Source: Clostridia bacterium (GTDB lineage: Bacteria; Bacillota; Clostridia; Christensenellales; UBA1242). Taken from it: 64,000 bases of DNA. Each line of letters begins with the position of its first letter. The stretch's first letter is position 1. Positions 34,691-49,600 of the stretch are shown here, piece after piece. The notes beneath the pieces are model-generated. The model was not told the origin of the DNA, did no database searches, and was given only the letters and a program-made list of their open reading frames with translations. The stretch is from contig JAFQTP010000002.1 in the NCBI GenBank assembly GCA_017409005.1, positions 377,286-441,285 of the forward strand, written 5' to 3'. Position numbers and translations under genes: made by a program.

Positions 34691-37600
34691 GATAAAAACG
34701 CTTATAAAAACATGAGTTTATCTATTGAGGGAAGTACAGATATGGAAGTCGTGCTTAACGACGATCCCTCATTAAATCTATTTACAGTAACTGCACTTGT
34801 TTCAAAAATGCCTAAGGGGTATGATGGTGCGGTTTCTTTTAGTGTTCCTGTAAACGACTTTATTTCTTTAAAAGAAACTTCTAACAAGGTTGAAGACGGC
34901 AGAAGCAGAGCTGTTTTTGAAGCTAAGCAACAAGGAGGACCTGTTGCAATAACCGTAAAAACCTTAGAAGGTAACTTAACTACACAAGTTAATGTTAAAG
35001 TTGTTAAACCAGTAACTTCAATTTCATTTAACTCTCAAATAATTCCTGTAATTAAAGGTGAACAAACTGACATCTCTAAATATTTAACTTTTAATGCCGG
35101 CGAAAGTTCAACAAATCAAACAGGAGTTAAACTTGAACTTATTTCTGAAAGCAATTCCGACAAACTTATTCAAGTTGTAACCGATGGGCACTTCTTAACC
35201 GTTCCGTCAGAACTTGATTTATCTGAATTTCAAATTCGTGCACGCTCAACTGTAAATCCTGAAATTGTTTCAAGCACTCTAGCAACCGTAAAGGTTATTA
35301 CAGTTATTCCAACTAGTCAAATTACTTTAATGCACAATAATAACACTCCAGATATTTCAGACGACGATTTGGCTGTTGAAAAAGTAAATTCTACTGATTA
35401 TGGTATTGTGTTAGCAACCAACACCGGAAACCTTTTCACAAAAACTCTTTATTTTAACTTTGCTAATAATGTTAATGAAAACAACAATTATAGTGTTGGC
35501 ATAAAAGGTTTAACCGAAAGTGGTGCAATTCTAGATGAAAACAACGAGGAAAATCGTATTGTTGAAGCAGTTAAAGTGCCAAACAAACTTAACTGGTTTA
35601 ATATAAATGCTAGGGGTAATGGTAAAACAAAAATTGAGTTCATTATCGAACGTTCCGATTTCCCTGGTCAATTTACCCAAACAATCACATTAAATATTGA
35701 TGTTCAAGCATTCCCAACCGAAATTAGTGTTAGCAACATTTCAACCAACGAAAAATTAGATTATATTCAACTTTATGCTAACTACAACGAATCAACAACT
35801 TTCGGAACTCCATTTAGAGTGGTTGTTAGCAACGAAACTGGAGCAATGACAAATCAAAAAGTAATTGTAAATGTTTCTAGTTTTGCAGAAAACAACATTC
35901 AACTATACGATTCAAATAAAAACTTAGTTCAATTTGGCTCTGAACTTATTTCAAATGGTCAATATTATTTAAAACATAATTTTACCGAGGCTCCACAAGA
36001 AGAAATTAAATTAAACCTAGAAAGTGTAACTTATAGTCAAGTGTTTACAGATGTTTTAGTTTTAATTGAAACTCAACCAATCGAGTTAACAACCAGCCGC
36101 GACACAGTTAACATTGACATAACCAAAGGTGTTGTAGAAACTAAGTTAGAAGTTTTAGGTTTGCCTAGTGGTTTTAATTATTTAAATTTAAGTTACGAAC
36201 TATTAAAAGACGATGTTAGCGATGCAAGCAAATTAGTGTCAATTTCTAAAACTGCAAGTCAAATTGCTGTAGCGCCAAAAACAACTAACATTGGCATTGG
36301 CGAGTGCAAGGTTAAAGTTATTGCTCCAAATGGTAGTTATCAAATTTACACAATTGTTTTATATGAAAGTTTAAATACAGCTCAAACAAGTGTAACCATT
36401 GCGGGTGTAACTATTGATGCTCAAGATGTTTTAGATGCAGAAAGTGCTACTGAAATTAATGTTAAAAACGGATTAAACATTCAAGTTTACTTTAATATTA
36501 ATGGTAAAGAATATTCTTCATTAGCTGGCACAGGTTTAAGTTATAAAGTTACTTCTTCAAACAACCAAGTTGTTCAAAACAAACAAGTAAGTTATCAACT
36601 TCAAACTCAAAACATGGCAGGCGCATCACATGTTGTAATTGAAATAACAGGATTTAACGATTCTGGACAAAAAAATAAAGTTGTTTATTTTGAGGCGTAT
36701 ATTACTGTTTCGGTTCCACTAGCTAATTTATTTACTAACGAAAGTGAAACTGTTTTATACGACACAAACTCTTTAGCTGTAAGTCAACAAACAACATACG
36801 GAACTTACACAATTAATTTAAGTAGTTCTCCAGTTAATGCAACATTTACATTTGACGATATTGAATGGATTTGTGAATATAACGGAACCGAACTTTTGGC
36901 TGACACAGATATTAGTCAGGATAAAGAAACTGTTATTTATACATTTAGAACAATTAATTTTGACACAATCAGATTAACAACCACAAAATCTAACTTTAAG
37001 CAAGCTGTTGTTACTTGTGAAATTTCTGGATCATCAACTCAAATGTTAACCTTTAACATTGTTGCCAGAGTTCAACAAGAATTTACAAACGAAAATGGTT
37101 ATGTTATTTCTGCTCCTAAAACAGCAAGTGTAAGATTTTTAGTTTATAGGGCAGTTCGTGTTAGCGACTTTGTATTTGAAAATGTTGCTAGCCGCGGAAC
37201 AGCTTCAAACCCAGTGTTTGAAATAACCTACGACGAACGTGATTTAGATTACGATGGTTCAAAATATAACAATACAGCAAATTGTATTAAAACAATTAAC
37301 TTCACTGTTTATCCTGCAAATGCACTAAACAAAGATCTTGGTGTAACAGTAAACAATAGTGCAATTAGTGTTGGCATAAACAATGTTAATAAAACAATTA
37401 CAGTTCAACTTTTATATAAACCAACGTCAACCGAACCAATTACTATAACAGTATATGCTAAAGACGATTTCGATGGCGGACAAATTGGTAAACATAAAAT
37501 CATTAAAATCCGTGTTTTAGATGGTAGAAGTGTTGAATCGGCATTTGAAGTTAAAAATCAAGCCGATTTAGAAAAGGTTTCAAGTTCACTATCTGCTCAC

Positions 37601-40600
37601 TATGTTTTAGCAGGTGATATTGCACTTTCTTCTAACTGGACACCAATTGGATATAGCCAATTAGGAACACAACAATTCAACGGATACTTCTCTGGAAAAT
37701 ATGAAGTTAAAGACGAAAACGACACAGTTGTTCAAACTTCATACTATTCAATTACCGGATTAACTATTAATAATAATTCGTACGAGTATTATGGGTTATT
37801 TGCTTATCTTGGTTCAAATTCACAAGTTTCAGATTTAACCATAAATGGTGTTTCTATTACCGCAAACATAACTCACAATAAAAATGTATACGCAGGAGCA
37901 CTTGCCGGATATGCTGAAGGAACAATTACTAATGTTTCTGTAAACGATCAAAGCGGAGTTCAATCGTATACAGGCGTATATTATAACAACAACGAAAAAG
38001 GCTCTACCGATTTCGGAATTTATATTACAGCAAACACCAACACTAGTGAACACGCTAATTATTTTGTTGGTGGATTAGTTGGCTTTGTTAACAATGCTGC
38101 TTTATATGATGCATCAACAACCGTTGCAAGTTCTTTAGCATTATTTAACAATGTTAAAACAAACTATTCTGGTTCAAGTTTATTAAATACACAAATAGCA
38201 AATGCAAAAGTAGTTGCACAACTAAATGTTCATGTTAAAACAAACAACATAAGTTTTGTTGGTGGTGTGGTAGGATTTAACAATCGTGCAGTTATTTCTG
38301 CAAATAATTCAACCGCATTAAGCTTTGGTAGCGATAGTGCTAATGTTATTACCGCAATTAACGCAAGCTTAACACCAGAACAAACATCGTTTAACGAATA
38401 TTCTGCATTTGGTGGTGTTGCCGGATTTAATAATGGTATTATTGATGGAATTACCGCAAAAGCAAGTATATTTGGCGTTTACGAATATAGTGGTGAAACT
38501 TATAATTTAAGAAATGTTGGTGGAATTGTTGGTTACAACACTGGCTCAATTACAAACAACACAGCATTCCCATTAATTCATGCATATGAAAACATTGGTG
38601 GTGTAGTAGGTAAAACAGTTAGCGCAGTTGTTTCGCTTGACGGAACAGTTGGCGAAACCGATTATAGCTTTGTAAATGGCAAGATGGGTGTTGGTGATGG
38701 CAAATTCACCATGGGGCATAGCATTGAATTTAATAGCAACTTCAAAGTTGTTATTACTGAGTTTAAAACTGAATCGCTTACTTATGACGAGTTGGTTGAA
38801 GTTTTAACTACTCAATACTCAAGTAAAGATACTGCCGAAGATTATGCTAATAACGCATATAATCGTGCAATTCCTAACACATACACAGTAACAAAAGTTT
38901 CAAAATTAAATATGTTTAGTGATGTTGCAGATAAGGTTGTATATGCATACAGATATGGTTCTTATGCAATAAACTCAAGTTCTGATTACGATGGTTTAAC
39001 TACAAACCAAATTGCATTGTCGCTTGGAAACTATGGAACAAACACAATTAGTGGCAATAGTGTTCAATTCCTAGAACTTAATGATGGAGTTAAATTATTT
39101 AACACTGCATTAGTAGGAATGAACAATGTTGGTGGATTAATTGGTGAATATGTTGGCGTTTATGCCGTAAACGAAGATGTTGCTCCTTTCGATGCAAACA
39201 GCAGCGTTAGTGGTGCAGTTGCCGTATCGCACGTTAACTATAACCCAATTGCGTATAACAGTGTTTATAACTACACACAAAAAACAGTTGTTCAAACAAA
39301 TGCTGTTGTAGCAAATAGTTTTTATGGAAACATTTTACTTTCTAATGCATATGTTTCTGAAGTTAAACCTGAAAACCGCAATTACGCTGGTGGTTTAGTT
39401 GGTAAATTAACTAACGGCGCAATTTATGCTAACCAAGTGTTTGCTTCACTTCAAGGTAATCTTGCTGCTCTTGGTGGTTTAGTTGGTAAAACCGATGGAA
39501 TTACCAGTATTTCAAATAGTAGTTTTGTTGGAACAATTATTAACCGTGATACCGATGCAACAGCCGAAGTAGCTGCTATAACAGGTGGTTTAGTGGGCGA
39601 TGCGCTAAGTGCAACAACAACTTTTGCTTACTACGGAAAAGCTAACGACGACGAAACATTGTTAGATACCAACATTTTAGGTTCTTTAACAACACTTAAA
39701 TATTCTTACGGAACAGAATCTGTTGGATATGTTAATTTAGGAACAACTTACAATAACATTGCTTATTCATATTTCAGAGCACAAACACCAAGTGGATATG
39801 TTGCTTCTGTTGCTGAAGAAACAACTAATTATATTAATCAAAAATCTGTTGGATATGTTGGTGCCGGCAGACGTGAACTTAACTTAACCTATGCTTATGC
39901 AGATGGAAGCATAAAAACATTTACAGTTAACGAAACCGATTTAAATTACAACCCAACACTAACAGACGTTTTAAAAGTTAACACTACAACAGTTAAAACA
40001 TCAGCGTCAGAAACTGAAGTTTTTGAAAATTCATTTAACTTTGATGGTGCTACTATCGACGAAACAAAAGTAAACACATTTATTGCTAAAACACAAGCTT
40101 ATGTTGTTACCGAATTGGCAATTGATGATAACGGCGATGGATTGTCTGATGAACACACAAGTAATGGAACAGGAGATATTTACAAATTAACCAGTGCTGA
40201 ATTTATTGATGCTTACCTAAAAAATACTGTTTGGTATGTTAACTATCAATTAAATGATGGACTTCCTGTGTTGCTTACTCCTAATAAATTAGTGGTAACT
40301 GAAAGTGGTTATAGCATTAACTTGCTTTCAAACTTCCCACCAACCGACATTATTTTAGAACTTAAACAAAATATGGTTGATACATTTATTACAAGTTTAG
40401 GAGCTAATTCAGCAAGTGTAATTTACTTCTATGGTTTAGCAGACTCTAACTATCAAAATAGTAGTTCATTAAATTTTGGTACAACCGACGAAGATAAAAT
40501 TAAAAATTCAACAACAGAGCTTAATGCTCAGTTGGCAAAATTAAACACTTATTCTATTGCAGAAGTGTTAAATTTAACAACAATACCTTCGTTTGTTAAT

Positions 40601-43600
40601 GCAAATAGCTTTAAATTAACATCTTCTAATCCTTCAGTTTTAAGTGTTGGATTAGATGAGCAAAACAATATTAAATTTGTGGCAAAAGGTGCCGGAACGG
40701 TAGTAATTACTATTAGTTCGGTTTACAACACAAGTTTAACTAAATCAATTTTTGTTAATGTTGCAAATGCAACCAATAGCCTAAAATTAGGATATTTTGC
40801 ATCTGGAGAACAAAAATATGTTCAAAACAATCAAATCCTAACAATAACAAAAAGTACCGACGACATGCAAATAACACTACCACTTAGTTCAAATTTTGCA
40901 TCGTCATATGATTTTAATGGAATAATTCATCCAGAAATCAAGAAAACTTTTGCTTTAAAACAAAATATTAATAGTGGTGTAAGATATTATTTAACAGCAC
41001 TATCTACAATTGAAAGCGTAACTTATTCTTCAATTTATCATTTTACTAACGATATCGAAAGTTTAATTGATAGCATTCCTGTAACAATAAACAACTCTAA
41101 GTTTGAGTATGAATATGTAAACTCTATTGAAGACGAAGGTGTTACAACAAACTATTACACAGTTTATATTGATGTTCCATACGGAAACACAGCAAATGTT
41201 GTTGGTTTAGTAGAAACAGTTGAAAATTTAAACTTTGTTGCAGTTCCTTATGTTGTAACAAACATAACAAGTTCAACAAAAACAAAACAACTTCTTGCAA
41301 GCATTGGTGAATATAACGATGTAGAAAACGCAATTGAATTAAGTTATGTTCACAATAACGAAGAAAAAGTTGAAAAAGTTTTAGGTTTAACAATTCCAAC
41401 TCAAAGCAGTATTGTTTTAAATAAAACACGTTATGGTGTTGAAACATATAGTTATGCTGATTATAAACAAGAATATTTAAAACATATTGATAATTTAGTT
41501 ACTAAGTTTAGCTTAAAAGTTGCAAAAGCAACATGGAACATTACAAAAAGTCTTGACGAAATTAGTTTTGATGTAAAAACAATTCCAACATTCTCTATCG
41601 AAATTGAAACAGATAAAGACACCGAGGAACTATATGTTGTTTATTACGAAAATTTAGGTTCTGAAAGTAAAGAACGTGTTGTTCCAATTAGTACAATTAT
41701 AGATGGCGATTCAAGTTTTGGTGGAAAAGTTCAAATTAGCAACATCACAATGCTAGTTAACAACCATAATATTAGCGAAGTTAACGGCAAAAATGTTATC
41801 ACTTATAACTTTAGTTTACTTGTAAGCGACGAGTTAAAAACTGAAATTCAAGATGTATTTACAACATCGTTACGCTTCTTTGTTGCAAAACAAGGTGCAA
41901 ACATCACTTACGATGGCGAATATGTAAATAATGCAATTTCAAGCATCACAACAGCTAATTTATTAGTTGAACTTCCTGTAACACTTCTTCCACAAAGTAT
42001 TACAGAAATAACATTAAAACATTATCCAAACAGCGAAAGCACTGTTACAACAGACGATAATGGTAACAAAATTACAAATGTAAACCTAAACGAAATTGCC
42101 TACGATAATTTAATTCCAGGCAACGCGGGAATTTTAAAAGCATATATTTCACCATATTATTCAAGTTTTGACGAACTTAGAATTATTTCAAGTGGTTCAG
42201 GTGCTAATTCAGTATTATTCGAACAAATGTTGGCGCACACAACAAAAACTGCTGCAGGCATTTTATATACTGGTAATTACACAACATTAATCACTCAAGG
42301 AAACCAAGTAGATGGTGGAATTACTTTACAAAAAATTTCATACATTCAAAATGCTGGCGAGGAGTCTGAACTTCAAGGTTACGATGGTAATATTTATATA
42401 CGCACATTAGTTAATAGCTACATTACCGAGGCCGATAACTTTACATTAACATTAACCGCATATAAAAACGGTGTAGTGGTTAAAACTGCAAGCATTACCT
42501 TAGAAGTGCAAACACCGCCATCATTAAATTTAAGTATTAATGGCGATAAGTTTGCTCCAATTGCTAGAGGAACTGAAATAGGCTTTGATGCAAAATTAAA
42601 TGATCTTGCAGGAATGGTTGATTTCAGTCAAAGCTATATGTTCCGTTATAATTCTAACGGAATGGAAGTTAGAGTTGGTTCAATTAATTCCGACTTCACA
42701 ATTAAAACTAGTGGCGGAAACTATAGTGTTTCTGTAAATAACAACATTGCATCAGATCGTTATATTAAAATTATTGGTGTGGTAACCAAACAAATTAATG
42801 GTGAAATTATTGAACACACCGATTCTATTACACTTCATGTTACCGATTTTGTTATTGAAGAAATTACTGTTGAAAATGCAACTGCTGGCAACTATGTTGG
42901 TTTGTTTAATCAACCATATGCTTTAATTGTTAGAATTAACAAAGCAACTTATAACCCAGAAAATGCAGAAACTGTAGCTGAACAAATTCAAGCATTAGAA
43001 CTTGAATTCTCAAAATGTTATGAAGAGAATTCCGTTTTAACAACATGGAAATCAGTTAACACATCTACAACAACTGTGGTTGAAAATCGTTATGGCTCAC
43101 TTCAAAAAGGTTATAACACAGCAAAAACATTTATAATTGGAACACGTATTAGTGCCGATTTAAATAATACCGCTGTATATACACTTCAAAACACCAGATT
43201 TGGTAGTGGCGATAAACTTGCGGCAGTTGTTCAATATGTTTACACCGATAATGGCATTAAAGCATTAATGACCTCAGAAGATCGTGCAAATTACGAAACA
43301 AATGCTTATTGTTATGAAAAAACTTACGAATTTGGTTTCGGATTCTATCGTATTAGAGATGAAGAACGCCCAGACCCAATTGAAACAGCTGAACAATTTA
43401 AAAACATGGAAGATGGTGTTGACTATATTTTAGTTAACGACATTGTGTTAGAAGATTGGGAACCATTCCGTGATGATTTGGCTATTAACAGCCTAGATGG
43501 TAATGGATATGTTATTACAATTAAAAACTTTAAACTAGATGCTTTTGAAAGTGTAGAATCTTTAATTAACACTAAAAATATTGGTATTTTTGGTAAAATT

Positions 43601-46600
43601 AATGCCGGCACAACAATTAAAAACTTAATTATTGAAGTGCCAGCAGCGCAAAAAGCAAATTCAATTGAACTTGCAACATATGCTGGTACAGCAGTTGACT
43701 TATACGTAGATGCAAAAGCGTATAAAACAGTTAACTTTGGTATTTTAGCAGGAACAAACTCAGGGCTTGTTACCAACGTTCAAATTGTTAACGACGCTGG
43801 TGCACTTAGAGAAGAACGTGAACTTGCAATTGCATACAGCGACCCAAGCAATCCTTTATACGCAAATTATTTTGATGGCGTTACATTTGATAAAAATGCG
43901 TTTATTATTGCAAACTGGAACAAGTTCCATGCTAACGAAGTTTATAAAACAGTTAGTGCAACCGATAAAACACCACTTTTAGATGGTAATGACGAACTAA
44001 TTATTGAAAGTTTGGCGGGAAGTGAAAACAGACAACTTTCAGTAGTAAGAATTGATACCACCGCAACAACTGATGTTCAAGCACATTACATGGCTGGTTT
44101 AGTTGGACAAAACTTAGATGGTGGCACCGATGCATTAGGAACAATTACAAACTCTAGTATTGAAAATATTACAATTAATGGTGTTGGTAATGTTGCTGGC
44201 TTTGTTGCAGTAAATAATGGTAAAATCAGCACTTCTTACTTTAAGGGTGGAAATGTTATAAATCATACTACAGAACAAGTTGCAGAACTTGCTACTAGTG
44301 GATTTGTAATTACAAACTCTGGAACAAATGCAGCTATTCAATATTCTTATGTTCAAGGTCGTATTGGTGAAAAAGTTAAATTTGCTAATCCTAAAACTGG
44401 TTTGGCATATACAAATGCTTCAAACATTGATAAAACTGGTTTAAATGACGAAGCAAAGAGTGCGTTTGCCGGATACACATATTATCAATCAAGTACAGAA
44501 CCTGGTTTCCAAGCTAGTGTTGCAACATTAAGGGCATTAAATGCCATGATTGATACCAGAACAAATGCTAGTGCATTTATTTACGAAAATGCAGCAATAA
44601 TTTCTAATAGTTATGCAAACATTATGGTAAACAGCACAATGCAAACTAGTGGTTTCGTATTCAGTAACACTGAAGAAGGAACAATTAGTTCTTGTTACAC
44701 ATTAAGTAGTATTAGAACTAAAAACCAATCTGCTAGTCCGTTTACTGGTCGTACTTCTAACTATGAAGGATACAATAATGCTAATCCAGAAGGATTTAAT
44801 GATTGCCACTACTTAAAACTAGGTTGCGACGAAAATGCAACTGCGTTAGAAATTAGTTTAAAAGAAGACTTTATTGATAGTAAAGAGCCTGCAACAGCTT
44901 TAGGTTCTTCACAATTTGCAGAATATAATACTTTCCAAGGTTATGCATTTAACACAGACTTTGAAAAAAGTTCGGCAGATAAATTAACTAGAAGCGTTTG
45001 GTTTATTCCAAATGATCAGTCAAAAACTCTTTACAAAGAATATTTCAAAAATTCTTATTATATTAATGCTCGTCCAGAACTTGTTGCTGCAAACATGCGC
45101 ACAGTTTCAATTAGAGTATGGATTGGTTCTGACGAATCAGAAGAAAATAGTTATAACTATGTTTCAAACGAATTAGTTTTAGGTGCAAGCATTAAAAACC
45201 CAATTTTAATTAAGAGTGCCGAAGACTTTAACCGTTATTTAAATTACGAAACAACAAATGAAGATGTTGATCGTAACTTTGCTGTAAGATTTATTTCGGA
45301 TATTGCATTCAATAAAACCGACTTAACTGCACAAACATATAACATGGAATATTATGGCGACCTTGATGGTAATGGTATGACTATTAATCAACTTCGTTTA
45401 GTTTCCGATACAGATTTTGAAAATCCTAACACAGGTGAAACAATTACACATTTGGGATTGTTTGGTAAAATTAAAACCAAAGACCCTGATGCTGAAGTTA
45501 AAGAGCGTGGTGTAGTAAGAAACCTTAACATTAATGTTTCCGAGGTTAGAGGTAGTAAGGTAACCTATGTTGGTGCACTTGCCGGATCAATTGAAAACGC
45601 CGATGTATTTAATATTAATATTTCGGGTGATGAAGTTATTCAAGGTAAAAACTTAGTAGGTGGACTTGCTGGTATAATTAAGGGTGATAGTGAAATTGTA
45701 AATATTACTAGTTCCTTAAGTGCAAAAGCAGCTTACTTTAAAGATACAAACAAATTCTTGGGAGTATACCCAAATGCAACATTATTACCAAAAGAGTTTG
45801 GAACATTTAACTTATACTACAGCGAACTTCAAGGTGATGAAGTAAGCAATGTTGAAAATGTTTCATATGCCGGCGGAATTGCAGGTGTGTTTGACGTTAA
45901 AGAAAGAGAAGAAGACGAACAATTAAGTCCGCTATCGTTATTTAACGCAAAAGCACGTAAATTAATTGTAAGTGGAAACATTACACTTATTGGCGAAATT
46001 GTTGGTGGTGTGTTTGGTTTAAACGGCATTGAATCTACTGCAAGCGACCTATCGTTTATTGTTGGGGAAGCAAATAATCCTGAATTAAAGGGTAGCCGTG
46101 TAGTTGGTGGATTAATTGGTGAAAACCGTGGTGAAATTGAACGTAGTTACGTTGCACACGATACCACACTTCAAGAAAAAATTGATGCAGAATATGGCAA
46201 TGCTGTTACATCTGGAACAAATCCAACAGTTAATAACAGCACATTAAACTATAATGGTTTATATGCTGGTAATGCTCATTACACCGGTGGTGTAGTTGGG
46301 TTTAATAATGGTGGCCGAATTACTAATGTTTATTCTAAAATGAACGTTATAAACATGAACACTATGTATGCTGGTGGAATTGTTGGTTTAAGTATTGGTG
46401 GACAATATAACTTTATTTACACCACCGGAACTGTTTCTGGATTTAAATCGGCAGGTGGTTTTGCAGGTTTACAAACCTCAAATCCTTATAACGCAGTTGA
46501 AGATACATCTGGTGCTGAAACCCAGTTGGTTTACTCGCTTCATAATCGTTACACAAGCATTTATATTGAACCAAACAAACACAATGGTGCAATTGTGGCT

Positions 46601-49600
46601 AAGGGAGCATCTAAATATGTGGGCATTGTTGCTGCAAACATTTGGCGTTCACAAGACTTAGTAACCAGTCGTGTTGAACAAAATGCAGAAGATTTAAGTA
46701 TTGGTACATTAATTGGTATGGCTGCCGACCGCACAATGACAGAAGCATTAGATGGCGGAACTTATCCAAATATTAACAATATTGTTGAAGTTAGCGATTT
46801 ATCTGCTAGAATGATGAATGAAACAGTGTTCTTTACTCAACCATTTATTGTAAGTAATCAACATGATAGTGCTTACTCTGGTTTTGATATGTTAATGCCA
46901 GAAGTTGGTTCGTTTAACACAAAATATTTGTTTAACACCAGAACAAGAGGATTATCTAAAGACTATCGTTTCTCAAACAGTGTTAACCCAGAAACTGGTA
47001 AAAATAGCACAAGCGCAGCAGATGCAGATAAGGTTAGTTCAACCTATGACGCAAATACAGACCCACTAGTTACAAACATGACACGTCCAATGGGTCTATC
47101 TGGATACTTAGCACAACCAAAAATGGATAAAGACGGATATTATCTTGTTGATGGTGTGAAAAATACATCACTAGCATCGCCAGATAAAACTGTTGATAGA
47201 ACTTACTATCATTATAGTCGTTTACAAAACATTGGTTCTGCTAGAACACTAAAAGAAATTATAACTTCGCTAGATATTATTTCTTCAGAAGCTTATGTGT
47301 GTGGCGATTTAACAGACAATGCTGGAAGTACGGTTTTAGACGAGGTTAATACAACTTCATATCATGCTTATGATGAAACCTACGATACAATTGAAACTTC
47401 TGGAATTTTTGAAACATGGAACACAAATCGTTGGACAGGTGTTAGAAAAGAATCTGCAGCAGATTTGGCAACCGTGTTCCCATTCCTAGAAGCAAAACCT
47501 GAAAAAACATTAATTCAAGTTTACAATGTTACTCATTTAAAATTAATGTCTACTTATGTTAATGCTGAATTCCAATTAATGAACGACATTGACCTACTTG
47601 AAACAGTTGAGGGCGACGACACAACTGGCGGAAACTGGGAGCCTGTTGGAACAAAAGCTATTCCATTTAAAGGAATATTGCATTCCAACCCTGCAGTTTC
47701 AGATATTTACACAATTTATAATTTATCTGTAACTAATGCTCCTGAAAATTATGCTGGCTTGGTTGCTTATGCAAACGAAGCAGAATTTAAAAACTTTAAC
47801 CTATCAAAAGTTATATTAGATGTTGAAGGCTCAAACGATGTTCCATTATTTATGGGCGCACTTGTTGGTTATGCTGTTTCCGGAACAATTATTAATAATG
47901 TAGATATTACAACTGCTAAAGGCAGTGGAGCGGTGTTAACAACAGAAACTGCCGGAACAATGGGTGGTTTAGTTGGATACAGCGAAATTGGAACAGTTAC
48001 AAATTGTAACATTGAAAGTGTTACTATTAATGCTAACGGATTTGGAGATTTATCTAAACTTGAAACCGAACGCGATAAAACATTGGCATTTGGTGGTGCA
48101 ATTGGTTACATTACTAGTGCTGTTGTAGATTTACCAATGGTTTCAAATGTAAGCATTGAAAGTGGCGATGTGTTCATTAGAGCACAAGATGGAACCTCAT
48201 TAAATATGCTAGCCGATTCTTATTTTGGTGGCGATGCAAGCCGTAGCTTTGATGTTGGTGGTGTTATTGGACGTAGCAATAACTCCGATAGTGATTATGG
48301 TAGAGTAACTGGAATTAGTAGTGCTTTAACTATAACAACTAAACTAGCTCGTAATGCAAACACTGCCATTACAGATGTTAACGTTGGTGGGTTAATTGGT
48401 AAGGCTCAAAACACAATGTTAACCGAAGAAGGTTGGATGGGTGAAGATGGCTTATCAAGTTATAAGCAACGCAACTTTGTTAACGGAACAACCGGAAAAA
48501 CTCCTTCTAACGGAATTGTGGTAGAACTTGACGATTATAAAGATAATTTATATGTTGGTGGTGCTGTAGGTTCTATTTATGGAGCAACCAAAATAACTTT
48601 AGGTGTAGAATATCAAACCGACGATTTATCACAAGTTGTAGTAGGCAAATCAAGAGCTCTTCCAATTAATTTAACAATTAATGGTGGCGACCCAACAACT
48701 TATGTTGGTGGTGTTGCTGGACTTGCTCAAAACGTTGCTTCTAACAACTTATACGCAAATTCTACAATTGCAATAACTGATAAAACAACTGCAGAATGTG
48801 TTTTAAGTGCTGGTGGATTAATTGGCGAAATTAATAACGGACAATATGTTAAAAATGCTCAATCGTTAGGTTCAGTTTCTTACACATCAGAAGTAAAAGG
48901 AACAAATGGTGTTAACCTTGGTGGTGCATTCGGTAATGTTATTATGGCCGACCTTGAAGGAACACCTGGTGTAATTGAAAAAGTTATTGCAAATAGTTCA
49001 GTTATTGGCAATACAACATCTGATGGTTCTAACTATAGAACAATGGCGTTAGGTGGTTTTGCAGGAAAAATGTTTAGCGGACAAATTTCGCAAAGCGTTT
49101 CTAGCGGATTAGTAAAACTACTAAATGCCAACAAAAACAATCAAAATTATGTTGGTGGATTTGTAGGAAAATTAGATATTAATTCTGAAGTACAGGGCAA
49201 TTCAAGTTTTCCACATACAATTTCTATTACAAATTCTTATGCAACAAACGATGTTCAAGCAACATCAATGTTTGAAAGTTCAAACGCATCATATGCTGGT
49301 TTGTTTGTTGGAAACATTGCATATGGTTACAAGAAAAATGTTAAAAATCAAATTACACTTTTAAACAACTATACAATTGGTAAGTTTGTTTATAGTGCAG
49401 ATGGAACATTCTACGATTCGTTCTATAACGAAAAAACAAACAAGGGTGGTTTCCTTGGCGGATTTGAATATTATGTTTCTGGAGTAAATTCAACAAATAT
49501 TCAACGTGCTAAAAATCTAGTGTTCAGAAACAACTTCTATAATAGCGATTTCGTTCCTTACACAAATGGTTATATGGAAGGAGTTGTAACACAACAAATG